From contig NC_091982.1 of the NCBI RefSeq assembly GCF_044704955.1, positions 81,406,001 through 81,470,000 on the forward strand: a stretch of DNA of 64,000 nt, in the 5' to 3' direction. The first letter of the stretch is position 1, and every line of letters starts with the position of its first letter. Below, one piece after another: positions 62,166-64,000 of the stretch. The stretch comes from Pristiophorus japonicus (taxonomy: Eukaryota). The notes beneath the pieces are model-generated. The model was not told the DNA's origin. It saw only the letters and a list, made by a program, of their open reading frames with translations, and made no database searches. The position numbers were made by a program, and so were the translations under genes.

Positions 62166-63193
62166 TGTTTGTAAAAGCTGGCAAATGCCTGCAATAAAAT
62201 AGCAGAATGGGAATTTCATACAAGCACCTTAAGTGTTCTGAAAACAATGCTAATTGTAGTTTCAACCCTTAGCTTACTGTCTCTAATCACTCTTGGTACT
62301 GTTCCGTTTACAATTATATGATTTTAACTGAGAAATTTGCTCTATTTCCACAACTGTTACTTTTGCCAGTACTGGTCCAGGCTGCTATGAAATTACAAGA
62401 TGTGTTCACAGTTCTAGATTCGAAGTGGTGACATTGCAACTGTTGGCTAATCACAAAATTCTCATGTGATCAGCATATAATGTGATAGTACATAAATGTA
62501 TCCTACACAGCTTTCCTGTCAGACATGTTATCCTGAAGTGATCTAAATGATCCATTTCTTTAGTTGGGAAGCAATGTGACCAATACAATAGCTAAATGCG
62601 ATGGTAAAAAAACAAGCATTAACTGATGTTGGCCACTAAAGAGCATTCTGATCCCCGCCGCCACACGACCACCACCCTCAAAATTCCTTCTTCACTGCAA
62701 AGGGGGTGGAATATTGCGGAAAACACCTGCTGCCACGTTTCTTCTGAGCAGCAATTTCAAAGCAGAAACGTGAGATAACTGGAAGACTCTTAGGGTACAG
62801 ATATCTCCATGATAGAAGAGCTGAGAGGCACTGTACACATTGGTACATTTTTGGTTTTTACGCTGGATATACTACTTGAGTTTCATTTCAATAACCACTC
62901 CAGTAAGTGGAACTTGTGTCCCATATGAACCAGAATGTGTCTTTATGTGACCAATATCAAGATAAATGTAGCAAAATCCTGGGATTGATCAAAGTACCCT
63001 TGCCACTATATTTCAGCTGTCATGTGATCACCTCACCTTTGGTAGGCAGATGTATATACATAGACATTTTATCTGACCAAGGCTCAGCCTATGAATCAAC
63101 CGACAATTTATTTAACATTAAACTGCTGAATGAAGAGTGCTTGTGCAAACAGTATAGTTACAGTAATTTGCATACTTACTATCCTTCTTGAAG

Positions 63194-64000
63194 CATCATC
63201 ATCATCATAGGCAGTCCCTCGGAATCGAGGAAGACTTGCTTTCACTCTTAACATGAGTTCTTTAGGAGTCTGTATAATCCAATACGAGAACCACGGTCTC
63301 TGTTACAGGTGGGGCAAATAGTCGTTGAGGGAAGGGGTGGGTGAGACAGGTTTGCCACACGCTCTTTCCGCTGTCTGCGCTTGATTTCTGCACGCTCTCG
63401 GCGACGAGACTCGAGGTGCTCAGCGCCCTCCTGGATGCGCTTTCTCCACTTAGGGCGATCTTTGGCCAGGGTCTCCCAGGTGTCGGTGGGGATGTGGCAC
63501 TTTATCAGGGAGGCTTTGAGGGTGTCCTTGTAACGTTTCCGCTGCCCACCTTTGGCTGGATTGTCATGAAGGAGTTCCAAGTAGAGCGCTTGCTTTGGCA
63601 TTTGGCGTGTCTGGCTTGCGAACTATGTGGCCTGCCCAGCGGAGCTGATCAAGTGTGGTCAGTGCTTCGATGCTGGGGATGTTGGCCTGGTCAAGGACGC
63701 TAATATTGGTGCGAATGTCCTCCCAGGGGATTTGTAGGATCTTGCGGAGACATCGTTGGTGGTATTTCTCCAGCGACTTGAGGTGTCTACTGTTTCTGAG
63801 CCATACAGAAGGGCGGGAATTACTACAGCCCTGAAGACCACGAGCTTGGTGGCAGTTTTGTGGGCCTGGTCTTCAAACACTTTTTTCCTCAGGCAGCCGA
63901 AGGCTGCACTGGCGCACTGGAGGCGCTGTTGAATCTCGTTGTCAATGCCTGCTCTTGTTGATAAGAGCCTCCCGAGATATGGGAAGTGGTCCACGATGTC
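63194..64000 (-). mobile_element. RTE LINE 3' portion, running off the right edge
   Basis: (CAT)n tail at 63194; DHFPYLG, LLYGSET and GGQRKRYKDTLK motifs. Confidence 0.9.

Overview
Vertebrate genomic DNA, most likely a shark or other elasmobranch (inferred from the CR1, RTE, Deu-type and HE1-like SINE repertoire). Two spliced genes sit head-to-head on a shared CpG-rich promoter at about 23.5-24.2 kb. CSTF2 (CstF-64) is on the minus strand: coding exons 1-6 (226 codons) lie in the window and the gene continues past the left edge. TRMT12/TYW2 is on the plus strand and complete: 7 coding exons, 1428 nt, 475 aa, with poly(A) signals at about 51.7 kb. A third promoter-like or first-exon-like region lies at about 54.3 kb. 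More than half of the window is transposon-derived: decayed CR1 LINEs (often nested), RTE fragments, SINEs, Harbinger-like and Tc1/mariner-like MITEs, a decayed Harbinger element with a spliced Myb/SANT gene, and short Penelope-like elements. Almost all ORFs in the supplied track are LINE fragments or chance ORFs. I see no unambiguous new biological system. The best leads are (1) short fold-back Penelope-like elements, one with an intact minimal hammerhead ribozyme core; (2) twin-priming-type 5' inversions in RTE elements and in a SINE; (3) the intron-rich TRMT12 paired with CSTF2; (4) a MITE carrying a 1.3 kb, 28-bp GC minisatellite; and (5) long inverted CR1 pairs around CSTF2 exon 3. Exon coordinates were read base by base and checked for phase. 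Repeat boundaries are approximate and family names come from recognition, not from a database search.
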